From a virus (Duplodnaviria; Caudoviricetes): DNA of 59,388 bases. Where the stretch lies: the IMG/VR virus record IMGVR_UViG_3300014913_000015, positions 1 through 59,388 of that record; one strand, 5' to 3'. Numbering within the stretch: the first letter of the stretch is position 1; every line of letters begins with the position of its first letter. Below are positions 8,721 through 18,204 of this stretch, in pieces. The notes beneath the pieces are model-generated. The model searched no databases. It was not told the origin of the DNA and saw nothing but the letters and a program-made list of their open reading frames with translations. A program made the position numbers and the translations under genes.

Positions 8721-9962
8721 ATGGCGACTTGGGATAAAAACACACCTGCCGGTAATGATCCAATAAGATTAGGTGATGATGAGATAAGAAATATGAAAGA
8801 TTATCTTGAGGATGCATTATCACGAGAGCATACTTTTCCCGGTACTTATGGAAGTGACGCAGGGAAACACTTACCAGGACGAATAGGTGTTATCTTTGTC
8901 GGTAGTACCAGTCAGATAGAGAGCTTACCTTCGCCGCCTGAAGGGGCGCTAGCATATGATACTCTTACGCGAGATTTAAAACGTTATAATGGAAGTTCTT
9001 GGGAAGTACTTAATATAAATGCCGATACAGTAGATGGTGCTCATGCTGGTACATTTTTACGAAGGGATGGGGGAAATTCTCCTTACACACATATAAATTG
9101 GGGAGGATATAGGATTACTAATTTAGGTAATCCTCAGGATAGTAAAGATGCTGCTAACAAATGGTATGTTGATAATCATCCTTTTCAGGTAAAACAACAA
9201 CACTTATACACATTTTGGGGAACTGTAAGTGCCGGATCTACTGCACAGACATTGACGTTGCCTGGCGGAGAGTATGGTTTTTATCCCTTAATAAGGATGA
9301 GTGCAGAATACACCACTTACTGGCAAGCTACTATTCTTTGGCCAGCATGGATAGATAGTGATGGTTTTGGGCATGTTGAATCCTTCAAAGGTTGGGTTGA
9401 ACTTGCCGCGAAAATCAGATTGTGTGCTCCTACCGGAACTATTTATGCATATCAACGATATGTAACTTCATCAGGCGAAGTTTATTGGATTTTCTTGTTG
9501 CGAGATAAAAACACGGGAGAAATACTTGCTGGATATTCAGCACCTGATCATCCTTGTTTCGGGAATGGTAATGACCCTATTCTTACCCCTCATCCTTTTC
9601 ATGACTATAATCCTGAAAAACATGAGATTGTTGTTATTAATCCTACTCCTGAACAACTTCAGGAGATGCGGTCTCTTTGCCGTCCTCGTCGAATAGGGCA
9701 ACCGAAGAGATGTTTTCTTGATCTCTTTCATGGGTGGGAGGAAGAAGGTAAGAAAGTAGGTCCATTTTATGAGCCAGATGATAAACAGGAACTTGCGTAT
9801 CCTAAACGAGAGATCACGGTCGGTGTGGTGGATGATGAAGATGAAAAGCCCTTGTGGTGGAAGAAGGAAGCTAAAATCATTAAGGTATCTATTGATAAGT
9901 ATCAGCCAGAATATGTAAAAGTACGACCTTTGAAACGAATTAACTATACGGTATTGCGGTAA
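8721..9962 (+). CDS. tail fibre-like protein
   Basis: NADTVDG and ITNLGNPQDSKDAANKWYVD fibre motifs. Confidence 0.65.
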   Translation: MATWDKNTPAGNDPIRLGDDEIRNMKDYLEDALSREHTFPGTYGSDAGKHLPGRIGVIFVGSTSQIESLPSPPEGALAYDTLTRDLKRYNGSSWEVLNINADTVDGAHAGTFLRRDGGNSPYTHINWGGYRITNLGNPQDSKDAANKWYVDNHPFQVKQQHLYTFWGTVSAGSTAQTLTLPGGEYGFYPLIRMSAEYTTYWQATILWPAWIDSDGFGHVESFKGWVELAAKIRLCAPTGTIYAYQRYVTSSGEVYWIFLLRDKNTGEILAGYSAPDHPCFGNGNDPILTPHPFHDYNPEKHEIVVINPTPEQLQEMRSLCRPRRIGQPKRCFLDLFHGWEEEGKKVGPFYEPDDKQELAYPKREITVGVVDDEDEKPLWWKKEAKIIKVSIDKYQPEYVKVRPLKRINYTVLR

Positions 9963-9963
9963 A

Positions 9964-11568
9964 ATGGCAGAACAGGTATTCATACTGGATGATTTTTCGG
10001 GTGGTCTTCGATATGGATTTTCTAACCGTGAGGTGGAGGTAACTGAAGGCGTAGTTTTTGAGAATGTTCTTTCAATGCCTCATAATTATTTGCGTTCTCG
10101 TTCTGGATATGTAAAGAAAAACACAGGAGGAAAACCAAGTAAAGGAGCTTGGATAAATGGTATTTCTCAGTTTTGGGCTCCTGATGGAAATACTTATTTA
10201 ATCTGTACTACCTGTGAAGATCCATCCAGCGGGGTAACGGGCGCCGGAATTTTTCGGTTCAATACCGGGGCAAAGGATTTTACTGATCTTACTGGCTCAA
10301 CTATTACTTGGAATCCAGGACCGGAAGATTTAGCTTTCTTTGAGTCTTTTGGCGGATATTTGGTTATAGTTAATGGTAAAAATTACCCTGTAGTGTGGGA
10401 TGGGGAATCTTCAGAGGTACAGCAATTTGGGGTTAATTTTTCTATTACTGGAACTAATTGCATTCCCAAATATGTCAGAGCATATCGTCAGTTTTTATTC
10501 TTCGGATATACCGTAGAAGGTGAAACTATTTATGATTCTCGATTACGTTGGTGTGAACCCGCAGATATTACTCAATGGCCAGAAAATAACTATATTGATC
10601 TTGATGCCGATGATGGGGATATTATTACTGGGATGGATCTGATAGGAGATTATCTGGTAGTTTTTAAAGAACGGAAGATATTTGTTGTGGCTTACAGTGG
10701 TGGTGAACAGGTATTTGAATCTCGTCTTGTGGTTGATGGACGCGGATGTGTTTCAGGTGCTTCTCTTACGGCTATTTACAATGACTTAATCTTCCTTGCT
10801 GAAGATGGGATATATTCTTTTGATGGGACAGTCACTATTGAAGAGATTTCAACCAAAGTGAAGCCTCTTGTCTTAGAAATAAATCCCAGTAAAAGGCATC
10901 TCGTTCAGGCTGCACCTCTTGAAGAGATGGATCAATTGTGGTTTGCTTTTCCTCATCTTACTTCTGAAAAGAACAATCGTGTACTGGTTTTGAATTACAC
11001 CAATCCTGATAAGGAATGCTGGTATGTATATGATATACCGTGCAGCACACTGGGATTCTATTATCGTATTGAACAACTTACTTGGGATGATATGGCAGAA
11101 GCGTGGGATGCCTCGGATTTCAAATGGGATGATCGTATGTTGCTTGCTGCAACCAGTTTACTCATTTCCGCAGATTATGAAGGAAATTTATATGATCATA
11201 ATTCTGGAACCAATGATAATGGTTCGGCTTTTACCTCTAAATGGCAAAGCAAATATATAGATTTTGGAGCACCATATCTCAACAAGAGATTAAAACGAGT
11301 CATTCTTTGGGTTGGAAGAGAAAGTGAAGGAAGAACTCTTAAGGTTAAATTATATAAAGATTATGATGAACTTAACCCAAGTGAATTTACAGTTAATCTT
11401 TCTGATTCTACATTCCCGAACAGGCAGATTCTGGAAAGAAGGATTGATATGTCAGAACAGGCACGAGAATTCAAGTTAGAATTATATCAAGATGAGTTGA
11501 ACGCTTGCTGGTCAGTATACAAAATAGCTTTTGTATTTGATGTGAAAGGACGGACGATCAGAACATGA
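9964..11568 (+). CDS. tail nozzle / packaged-DNA stabilisation protein (P22 gp10-like)
   Basis: 534 aa; DFSGGL N-terminus; propeller-type motifs LVVFKERKIF, GRGCVS, IFLAEDGIY. Confidence 0.7.
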   Translation: MAEQVFILDDFSGGLRYGFSNREVEVTEGVVFENVLSMPHNYLRSRSGYVKKNTGGKPSKGAWINGISQFWAPDGNTYLICTTCEDPSSGVTGAGIFRFNTGAKDFTDLTGSTITWNPGPEDLAFFESFGGYLVIVNGKNYPVVWDGESSEVQQFGVNFSITGTNCIPKYVRAYRQFLFFGYTVEGETIYDSRLRWCEPADITQWPENNYIDLDADDGDIITGMDLIGDYLVVFKERKIFVVAYSGGEQVFESRLVVDGRGCVSGASLTAIYNDLIFLAEDGIYSFDGTVTIEEISTKVKPLVLEINPSKRHLVQAAPLEEMDQLWFAFPHLTSEKNNRVLVLNYTNPDKECWYVYDIPCSTLGFYYRIEQLTWDDMAEAWDASDFKWDDRMLLAATSLLISADYEGNLYDHNSGTNDNGSAFTSKWQSKYIDFGAPYLNKRLKRVILWVGRESEGRTLKVKLYKDYDELNPSEFTVNLSDSTFPNRQILERRIDMSEQAREFKLELYQDELNACWSVYKIAFVFDVKGRTIRT

Positions 11569-11879
11569 TTTATCCACGTTATTTAATATCATGGGATAAA
11601 TCTCAGTTATCCACTTTGAATAGAATTCTTTATGATCTGATTTCGTATGTCAATCGGTGGATCTTCGGTAGTGGAAGAAAACATGATCTTGAAGTTACCG
11701 ATACCGGACCAGCCGATACTAATTTTACAGTAACCCATAACCTTGGATATCAACCATCAGGCTGGATTTTATACTATCAAGATAAAGCGGGGAGTTTGTA
11801 TTTGGTAAGTTGGAATGAGAATCAAGCTATATTTCGATTCAGTGCAGATAATGCTCATATAAAATTCCGATTATTTTAA
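11565..11879 (+). CDS. small tail-associated protein
   Basis: VTHNLGYQP motif; ATGA overlap with the nozzle gene. Confidence 0.55.
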   Translation: MIYPRYLISWDKSQLSTLNRILYDLISYVNRWIFGSGRKHDLEVTDTGPADTNFTVTHNLGYQPSGWILYYQDKAGSLYLVSWNENQAIFRFSADNAHIKFRLF

Positions 11880-11901
11880 CTGACAAAGGAGGAGATGGCA
11901 T

Positions 11902-12300
11902 ATGGCTAAATGGACTGATCAGGGTGAAACTGATGTTGGCAACATCTACTTAAAGAATCAAACTCAGAACTCATATCTCTATTTAGGTTTGTATACCAAT
12001 ACTTCTGAACCGGCAGAATCGGCGACTCTCTCTGATATAACTGAACCGTCAGGTGGGGGTTATAGTCGTAAGCAACTGAATCCCAGTGACTGGACAGAAA
12101 ACCCTCAAGGAACATTTTCTCAACCTGAGCAGACATTTACTGCCAGCGGAGCTGATTGGGGAAATATATATGGTTATTTCATTGCTACTTCTTCTGATAA
12201 TACAGGAAAGTTGATAGCGGTGGAGCATTTTTCAGATGGACCGTATAATATAAAAGATGGGCACTCAGTTAAAATAACTCCCAAAATCACGATTAGTTAA
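11902..12300 (+). CDS. virion/tail structural protein
   Basis: LYLGLYT...EPSGGGYSRK...WGNIYG pattern common in phage tail modules. Confidence 0.65.
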   Translation: MAKWTDQGETDVGNIYLKNQTQNSYLYLGLYTNTSEPAESATLSDITEPSGGGYSRKQLNPSDWTENPQGTFSQPEQTFTASGADWGNIYGYFIATSSDNTGKLIAVEHFSDGPYNIKDGHSVKITPKITIS

Positions 12301-12302
12301 AT

Positions 12303-12788
12303 ATGAGCTATCAAGCAGTAAAAACACTGAGTGGGGATACAGTAATTACAACGACTGGGGATACTGTAGTTACTTGGAACTTCTATTATACAGGAGAAAT
12401 TTCCTCTATACTATCTCCAGTCTCAGAATATACTTATCTTGCGGCTTATATTGGAACATTGTCTTTAGATTGTACCCCCGCATCTGATACAACTTATATT
12501 GCAGTATATACTGGAGATCTGGATTGTGCTTTTTCTTTAAGCAGTGATTTTACGTATATTGCAAAATATATCGGTACTGTCGAATGTTCTGTTTATCCTT
12601 CCAGTTCTTACAGTCAATTGTATACGTGGGAAGGAGATGTTCATCTTATGTTTTCTCTTGTGTCTGAGATATTTGGATGGGCAGAGACAGAGCGGAAAGA
12701 AATCACTTGGAGTAAGGATATAATAACTGAAGTTGAATGGACAGTTGATTCTGCTGCTCAGGTAAGCTGGAAAAAAGTATTCAGTTAA
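12303..12788 (+). CDS. hypothetical structural protein with short beta-strand repeats
   Basis: 161 aa with recurring Y-x-G...S-x-Y units. Confidence 0.5.
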   Translation: MSYQAVKTLSGDTVITTTGDTVVTWNFYYTGEISSILSPVSEYTYLAAYIGTLSLDCTPASDTTYIAVYTGDLDCAFSLSSDFTYIAKYIGTVECSVYPSSSYSQLYTWEGDVHLMFSLVSEIFGWAETERKEITWSKDIITEVEWTVDSAAQVSWKKVFS

Positions 12789-12804
12789 GGGGGTTGTGTA
12801 GGAA

Positions 12805-13965
12805 ATGGCCGAAGTTTTTCATAAAGATCTCAGTGGTGATGATCTCCATCCACCAAAAGAACACGGAAATGAAGCTCACAACCCTGATTTCCTTGCAGTG
12901 GATGGGAGTAATAGTCCTACGGCTGATATAAATTGGGGAGCTAGGAAAATAACCAATCTGGCCGATCCTGTAAATAATCAGGATGCAGCCACGAAAAAAT
13001 ATGTGAGTGATAATTTTGCGCCGGTAAGCCATGGCAATGAGCATGAAGCTGGTGGCAGTGACCCAGTGGATGTAAGAGGTTTACAGGGAGGTTGGCTGAC
13101 TGCTGATATTGAAGCTAATCGTCCAGCAGCGGGGACAAAAGATCGTTACTTCTATGCTACTGATACCGGAAAGCTCTATTATGATAACGGTACATCATGG
13201 ATTGAAATTACTCCTACTCCTAAAACACACGCTTCTACTCATGAAGAGGGAGGATCGGATGCGTTAGATATTCGTGGTTTACAGGGAGCATGGCTTATGG
13301 CAGATACCGAAGCCAATCGACCTGCTGCCGGGACGAAGGATCGCTATTTCTATGCCACCGATACGGATAAACTTTACTATGATAATGGATCTTCTTGGGT
13401 TGAAATGTTGGGAGGCGGAGGATTATCAGTTCATGGAAATGATTATCACGATCCTGATATGCTTCCTTTGGAAACCTCCAATACTATTGATGCTTATATA
13501 TCCAGCAATAAGTGGCTTTCGGTATTAACTTCTGGGATTGTAAAATTTCCACGACAAAGTGCGTGTAAGGCATATCTTTCAGCAAGTCAAACCATTGCCA
13601 GTGCAACTTGGACGAAAGTTCAACTTGATACAACTGAATATGATGTACAGGGGGAATTTGATACTGCTAATTATAGGTTCACTGCCACAGAAGCAGGGAA
13701 ATATCTTGTAATAGGGCAGATACGTATACAGAGTATGACTGGTCAGAAACCGATGGGTGTACGGATCAGTAAAAATGGTGGTAGTCAGGCTGAGTTTATT
13801 TGTTATACGGGTTACACAGGACACTCTTCGGTTGCCATCTCCACCGTTGTAGATTTAGCTGCTGGTGATTATATTGAATTGTTTGCTTATCAGAATAGTG
13901 GAGCCTCTAAAGACTTGTTTTCGGATTCATACTACACCTTTATGGCAATTCACAAATTGAGTTAA
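12805..13965 (+). CDS. tail fibre with C-terminal C1q/TNF-like receptor-binding domain
   Basis: DAATKKYV fibre motif; internal 66-aa duplication; C-terminal FDTANYRFTA..AGKYLV...VDLAAGDYIELF. Confidence 0.75.
   Translation: MAEVFHKDLSGDDLHPPKEHGNEAHNPDFLAVDGSNSPTADINWGARKITNLADPVNNQDAATKKYVSDNFAPVSHGNEHEAGGSDPVDVRGLQGGWLTADIEANRPAAGTKDRYFYATDTGKLYYDNGTSWIEITPTPKTHASTHEEGGSDALDIRGLQGAWLMADTEANRPAAGTKDRYFYATDTDKLYYDNGSSWVEMLGGGGLSVHGNDYHDPDMLPLETSNTIDAYISSNKWLSVLTSGIVKFPRQSACKAYLSASQTIASATWTKVQLDTTEYDVQGEFDTANYRFTATEAGKYLVIGQIRIQSMTGQKPMGVRISKNGGSQAEFICYTGYTGHSSVAISTVVDLAAGDYIELFAYQNSGASKDLFSDSYYTFMAIHKLS
13030..13404 (+). repeat. tandem 198-nt (66-aa) duplication within the tail fibre
   Basis: GGSD..D.RGLQG.WL.AD.EANRPAAGTKDRYFYATDT.KLYYDNG.SW.E occurs twice, units starting at 13030 and 13228. 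Confidence 0.9.
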
Positions 13966-13982
13966 GGAGGTAGGGAAACGCC

Positions 13983-14240
13983 ATGCTTACTATCAGAGTG
14001 GGTGACAAAAGTTTTATCCTTACTGACGAAGAGGAGAAAGCACTTCTTACTGATATGGAGGATATTTATTTGTGGGTTAAGAATCTTGTGGAAAATAAAG
14101 TGCGGCAAGTAATAGATCGGATTATTGAGGAACAGACGGAATATAACCCTCGAAAACTGACGCCTGAAAGAAAACGGGAAATTATAGCACCACTTAAACT
14201 CAAGACGGTTGCTGAAAAGAATAGAGAAAATAATAGATAA
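13983..14240 (+). CDS. hypothetical protein (possible fibre chaperone)
   Basis: 85 aa after the fibre gene; AAGGAGG RBS. Confidence 0.55.
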   Translation: MLTIRVGDKSFILTDEEEKALLTDMEDIYLWVKNLVENKVRQVIDRIIEEQTEYNPRKLTPERKREIIAPLKLKTVAEKNRENNR

Positions 14241-14272
14241 ATGAGATACCATTTTTATCAGGAGACTGACCG

Positions 14273-14491
14273 ATGATGGATGAACTGCACAAAGAAATTG
14301 GTATGATCAAAGGGAAACAGGAGATGGTAGTTCAACAATTGAGTAGTATTGAGCAAAAATTGGATAGAGTAATAGATGATATAGCTACTGTTAAAAGTAA
14401 AGTCTCCAAAATCGAAGGTCGCGCTTCTGTCTGGGGGATCATCACAGCAGCTATAACAACGGCGTTGATTAATTTAGGATTACGAAGATAA
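14273..14491 (+). CDS. coiled-coil protein with C-terminal TM helix (XhlA-like/holin-associated)
   Basis: heptad region followed by hydrophobic VWGIITAAITTALINLGL. Confidence 0.55.
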   Translation: MMDELHKEIGMIKGKQEMVVQQLSSIEQKLDRVIDDIATVKSKVSKIEGRASVWGIITAAITTALINLGLRR

Positions 14492-14493
14492 TT

Positions 14494-14721
14494 ATGCAGT
14501 ATATCATCTTTGCCATTAGTCTTTTAATCGGAATTGTTTTTACCGGTATCTTAACTCACTATTGCCCTTTGCTATTTGTTAATCCAGAGAAATATTTCTC
14601 CAAATTGGCAATGAAGCTGGAGAGAAAAGCGAATGGGGCGGAGGAAAATGTAAAAGCTGAGATCAAAGGATTACTGCGTGATCTCATCTTAATCGTGAAT
14701 CGTATTAACTTGATTGATTAA
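14494..14721 (+). CDS. small membrane protein
   Basis: N-terminal hydrophobic helix. Confidence 0.5.
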   Translation: MQYIIFAISLLIGIVFTGILTHYCPLLFVNPEKYFSKLAMKLERKANGAEENVKAEIKGLLRDLILIVNRINLID

Positions 14722-14727
14722 GAAACC

Positions 14728-16968
14728 ATGAAGATTTTAATTGTTGGAATATTTGCAGAATTGATTGATCTGGCTATCCATCTTCAAGATGAAGGACACG
14801 ATGTCTACTACTATATTGACCGGAAAGATGATAAAGGAATTGGAAAAGGTTTAATCAAACTGGTAAAAGGCTGGAAACAGCTTGCTGAGGAAGCTGACCT
14901 TATCATCTTTCCAGATGTCTATTTTGGCGATCTCCCTCTCAAGTATCGTGAAAAAGGTAAACTTGTAATTGGGGGATCAGCCCTTTCTGATCGCCTAGAG
15001 AACGATAGAGAATTTGCTACAAAGATCTATGACCGTTTTGGTCTGAAATACCCTAAAACTTGGCGTTTTACCTCCTTCAATGAAGCGATTGAGTTTGTGA
15101 AGAAGAATCCGAACCGCTATGTCCTGAAGCCAATGGGACAGAAACCTCGTTTTTACACTTACATAGCTGAAGATGATGAGGATATGATAGTTGCTCTCAA
15201 GCATTTCAAAGATGTATGGCCAGGAAAAAGCGATTTCATTCTCCAAGAGTATGTTGAAGGAGTGGAGATTGCTTGTACAGGATTTTTCAATGGGGAAAAA
15301 TTCTTGAAACCTTTCATTGTGAACTTTGAGGAGAAGAGAATTGGAGAAGGAAATAGAGGACCTTCATCAGGCGAGGCGGGTACCACCGTAATTCCACAAA
15401 TGAAGTGTAAACTAGCGCAGCAGACTATTCAGAAGCTTTCTCCTTTCCTTAAATTAGCTGATTTTCGTGGAGAGTTTGACCTAAACACAATTGTCAACGA
15501 TGATGGAGTATGGATTCTTGAAGCAACCTGTTTCCCTGAAAACACTCAGATTCAGACCCTTGATGGCTGGAAAGGTCCTAATGATTTACAAATAGGGGAT
15601 CTTGCTTTAACTCTCAACCTAAAAACAAATAAAATTGAATATCATCCTGTTGAAGACATTCTCGTCTTCAAATATGATGGTCCTATGTGTATATTTGAAA
15701 ACAACTATCTTGAGTTTGCCACAACCCCAGATCATGATATCCTTCATATAACTGATGATCACTACACAAAAACAAAAGCCCAAGATCTCCTCGGTAAGAA
15801 GATAAAACCAGTTCTCTCCGCTGAAAAAGATGGCCTCAATAAGGACGTTTTTGAACTTCCTCCAGTGACGGATGGAAATGAAACACTGACTCCTCCACTA
15901 TCACTCAAAACAAAAGATTTACTTTATTTCCTTGGTTTATACATAGCTGATGGATGGCATGATGCAGGAAGAGTTTACCTGAGAAGGCAATATCGACCTG
16001 AGATAACGGCAAAAATTCTCAAAAGATTGGAGAACTTCCCATTTCCAATTGATAAGATTGAAAACTGGATCGTAATCCGTTCAATTCAGCTTGTCAATTT
16101 CCTTGATCAGCTTGGTTTTGAGCGTGGAAAGATCCTCACTGGACGTCTTATCCCTCCTTTTCTTTTCCAGTTCTCTTCTGAACTGCTTTACAATCTTGTG
16201 GAGGGATTGAGCGATGGGGATGGATCTTCTCATTGTGAAGGAAGACGATTTTATACTGCATCCCGTGAGCTGGCCGAGCAGGTAGCAATGCTCTATCTCT
16301 ATCTTGGACTATCACCATTGATCTCAATCAAACGCCATAAACCTCCTCTTTATACAGTTTATGGAGCTTCTCCTGAAGCTATTTCTCACAATCTGAAAGT
16401 AAAAGAAGATCATTACAAAGGTTATGTCTGGTGTCCAGTGGTCCCCCCTCATCATACGGTACTTGCAAGAGAGGGGAATCGTCCATTCTTTAACTTCCAG
16501 TGTCGCCCGGGGATTCCTACAATTCATATCATTGATGGATTAATGCAGGGAGAATGGGGCGAGACGCTTGTGGATATCGCTTCTGGACGAAATACGGTAA
16601 TTCCTCTTAGAGAAGAATGGTGTGTTGGTGTTGTAATGATGTCTCCTCCTTGGCCATATGAGATAAAGACTGATAAGTATGCTGATTTTCCGCTTTCTTT
16701 TCCTTGGGAACTGGTTGAGAAAAGGCTTATTCATCCGGGTGATATCAAAGCAAAGGTAATTGATAAGCGAGTACTTCTGACCACAGCAGGAAGTGTTGGG
16801 TTCACACTCGTTGCTACTGGACGAGGAAGAACAATAGATGATGCTCAGAGAATGGTTTATAACCGAGTATTGCCGAAAGTGAAATTCTCTCTTGGTTGGT
16901 ATCGTACAGATATTGGTGATCGGGTAAAAAAGAGGCTCGGCTATCTGAAGAAATTGGAAATTTTGTGA
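14728..16968 (+). CDS. PurD-like ATP-grasp ligase, intein-containing
   Basis: motifs RLENDR, YVLKP, QEYVEGVE, GPSSGEAGT, YRTDIG; extein is 422 aa after removing the 324-aa intein. Confidence 0.8.
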   Translation: MKILIVGIFAELIDLAIHLQDEGHDVYYYIDRKDDKGIGKGLIKLVKGWKQLAEEADLIIFPDVYFGDLPLKYREKGKLVIGGSALSDRLENDREFATKIYDRFGLKYPKTWRFTSFNEAIEFVKKNPNRYVLKPMGQKPRFYTYIAEDDEDMIVALKHFKDVWPGKSDFILQEYVEGVEIACTGFFNGEKFLKPFIVNFEEKRIGEGNRGPSSGEAGTTVIPQMKCKLAQQTIQKLSPFLKLADFRGEFDLNTIVNDDGVWILEATCFPENTQIQTLDGWKGPNDLQIGDLALTLNLKTNKIEYHPVEDILVFKYDGPMCIFENNYLEFATTPDHDILHITDDHYTKTKAQDLLGKKIKPVLSAEKDGLNKDVFELPPVTDGNETLTPPLSLKTKDLLYFLGLYIADGWHDAGRVYLRRQYRPEITAKILKRLENFPFPIDKIENWIVIRSIQLVNFLDQLGFERGKILTGRLIPPFLFQFSSELLYNLVEGLSDGDGSSHCEGRRFYTASRELAEQVAMLYLYLGLSPLISIKRHKPPLYTVYGASPEAISHNLKVKEDHYKGYVWCPVVPPHHTVLAREGNRPFFNFQCRPGIPTIHIIDGLMQGEWGETLVDIASGRNTVIPLREEWCVGVVMMSPPWPYEIKTDKYADFPLSFPWELVEKRLIHPGDIKAKVIDKRVLLTTAGSVGFTLVATGRGRTIDDAQRMVYNRVLPKVKFSLGWYRTDIGDRVKKRLGYLKKLEIL
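15529..16500 (+). mobile_element. intein with LAGLIDADG endonuclease and C-terminal Gln
   Basis: starts CFPENTQIQTLDGWK; block B TTPDH; FLGLYIADG and LVEGLSDGDG; ends ...HTVLAREGNRPFFNFQ, followed by +1 Cys. Confidence 0.85.
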
Positions 16969-16996
16969 TAAAATAGTAGTGAAGGGAGATGAAAAC

Positions 16997-17119
16997 ATGA
17001 AGAAACGCTGCCCCGGTGGGAAGATACGTTCCAAAGGGTTGGGACGAGGGAAGGGGTACGGCAAGGGTAGAGGCCCCATCGGTGTTCCTTACAAATTGAA
17101 AAGGAGGTTGGCCAAGTAA
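16997..17119 (+). CDS. small Gly/Lys/Arg-rich peptide (40 aa, not in ORF track)
   Basis: MKKRCPGGKIRSKGLGRGKGYGKGRGPIGVPYKLKRRLAK; GGGAG RBS; its stop abuts the GTG of the next gene. Confidence 0.6.
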   Translation: MKKRCPGGKIRSKGLGRGKGYGKGRGPIGVPYKLKRRLAK

Positions 17120-17617
17120 GTGTTTCCTTGGCGAATAATTATAGGCCCGGCTGCTAAGCTACTTGACACAATTCTTAAACGTGTTCTACCTCCTGAAAAG
17201 GTTTCTGAGAAAGAACGTCTTGAAATTACCAAGCAATTTGAATTGGCTCTTGAGAAACAATTAAAAGAAAGTGAAGCTCAGTTCTTTGAACTTGTGAAAA
17301 CTCAGATTCAATCTGCTGTACGTACTGGACCCTTCGCCTTTTTTACTGCAATAGCTGATATGCTCCGTATGCTTGTTCGTCCAGTTGTTACATTAGCTTG
17401 GTTTGCTCTTTATGCATGGATTAAGATAAATGTTATTTCGATGATCACATCAGATGGTTTTCAAGTGACAGATGTAAAAGTGATCTTCACTCAGTATGAT
17501 GCAATAATTGGATTGGTCATTCTCTGCTTCTGGTTCGGAGATCGTGCTTTCAAGCGTGCGATTGAAGCTTTACGTGAAGGTAAACTTAAGAACATTTTTG
17601 GCTTTATGTTGAGGTGA
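17120..17617 (+). CDS. putative holin (3TM/GTA-holin-like)
   Basis: LVRPVVT and FWFGDR motifs with hydrophobic helices. Confidence 0.65.
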   Translation: MFPWRIIIGPAAKLLDTILKRVLPPEKVSEKERLEITKQFELALEKQLKESEAQFFELVKTQIQSAVRTGPFAFFTAIADMLRMLVRPVVTLAWFALYAWIKINVISMITSDGFQVTDVKVIFTQYDAIIGLVILCFWFGDRAFKRAIEALREGKLKNIFGFMLR

Positions 17618-17826
17618 TAGAGTTGCCAGCTACCTCACGAAAGCAAAGACGTCTAATGGGTATGGCATATGCTTATAAGAAAGGTAAGAGGAGACTTACT
17701 GATTTTCCTCCGTCAGTACGGGATGAGATAAAGAAGATTGCTTCTTCAATGACTCTTAAACAGTTGAGAGATTTTGCTAAAACGCCAGAGAAGAAATTAC
17801 CTGTAAAGAAGAGGAGGAAAAAGTGA
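17614..17826 (+). CDS. DUF3008-like small basic protein
   Basis: PATSRKQRRLMGMA...SMTLKQLRDFAKT pattern. Confidence 0.6.
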   Translation: MIELPATSRKQRRLMGMAYAYKKGKRRLTDFPPSVRDEIKKIASSMTLKQLRDFAKTPEKKLPVKKRRKK

Positions 17827-18200
17827 GGGGTAGAAAGGGAGTAATGTTTCCAATTCGGGAGCGTTACTTCTTTGAGTGTTTTGGGTGCCCAGATACTTCG
17901 GAAACTATCCTCCAGCGGCTCTTTGATAAAATAGTTGAGAAATCAGGTATGAAATTGCTTGCTCCTCCTCAAGCTGTAAAGGTAGATGATGGGGTTTCTA
18001 TTCAGGGAATTTGGGAAGCAAGTACGCTGGCAATACATGGATGGGATGAACCAAAATTGGTTACAATAGATATTTATTCCTGTCGCCATATAAATGCTCT
18101 TGAAATGGCAAATGTAATCAATGAGATTCTGAATCCAAAGATGATTACTTTTTCGGCTATCATGCCGAATGATATGATAACCATTCTGAGGAGGGAGTAG
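17823..18200 (+). CDS. S-adenosylmethionine decarboxylase-like (pyruvoyl) proenzyme
   Basis: GVS...EASTLAIHGWDE...IDIYSC aligns to the SpeD/SpeH consensus ESHxxIHTWPE...DxYTC. Confidence 0.65.
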   Translation: MRGRKGVMFPIRERYFFECFGCPDTSETILQRLFDKIVEKSGMKLLAPPQAVKVDDGVSIQGIWEASTLAIHGWDEPKLVTIDIYSCRHINALEMANVINEILNPKMITFSAIMPNDMITILRRE

Positions 18201-18204
18201 AGGG

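Noticed and set aside
13030-13404. Tail-fibre duplication as a DGR
   Set aside because: Tandem in-frame domain duplication with many synonymous differences; no reverse transcriptase
14728-16968. Calling the ATP-grasp gene a bona fide purD
   Set aside because: The N-terminal GxGGREH substrate motif is missing and no other pur genes are present; only family-level similarity is supported
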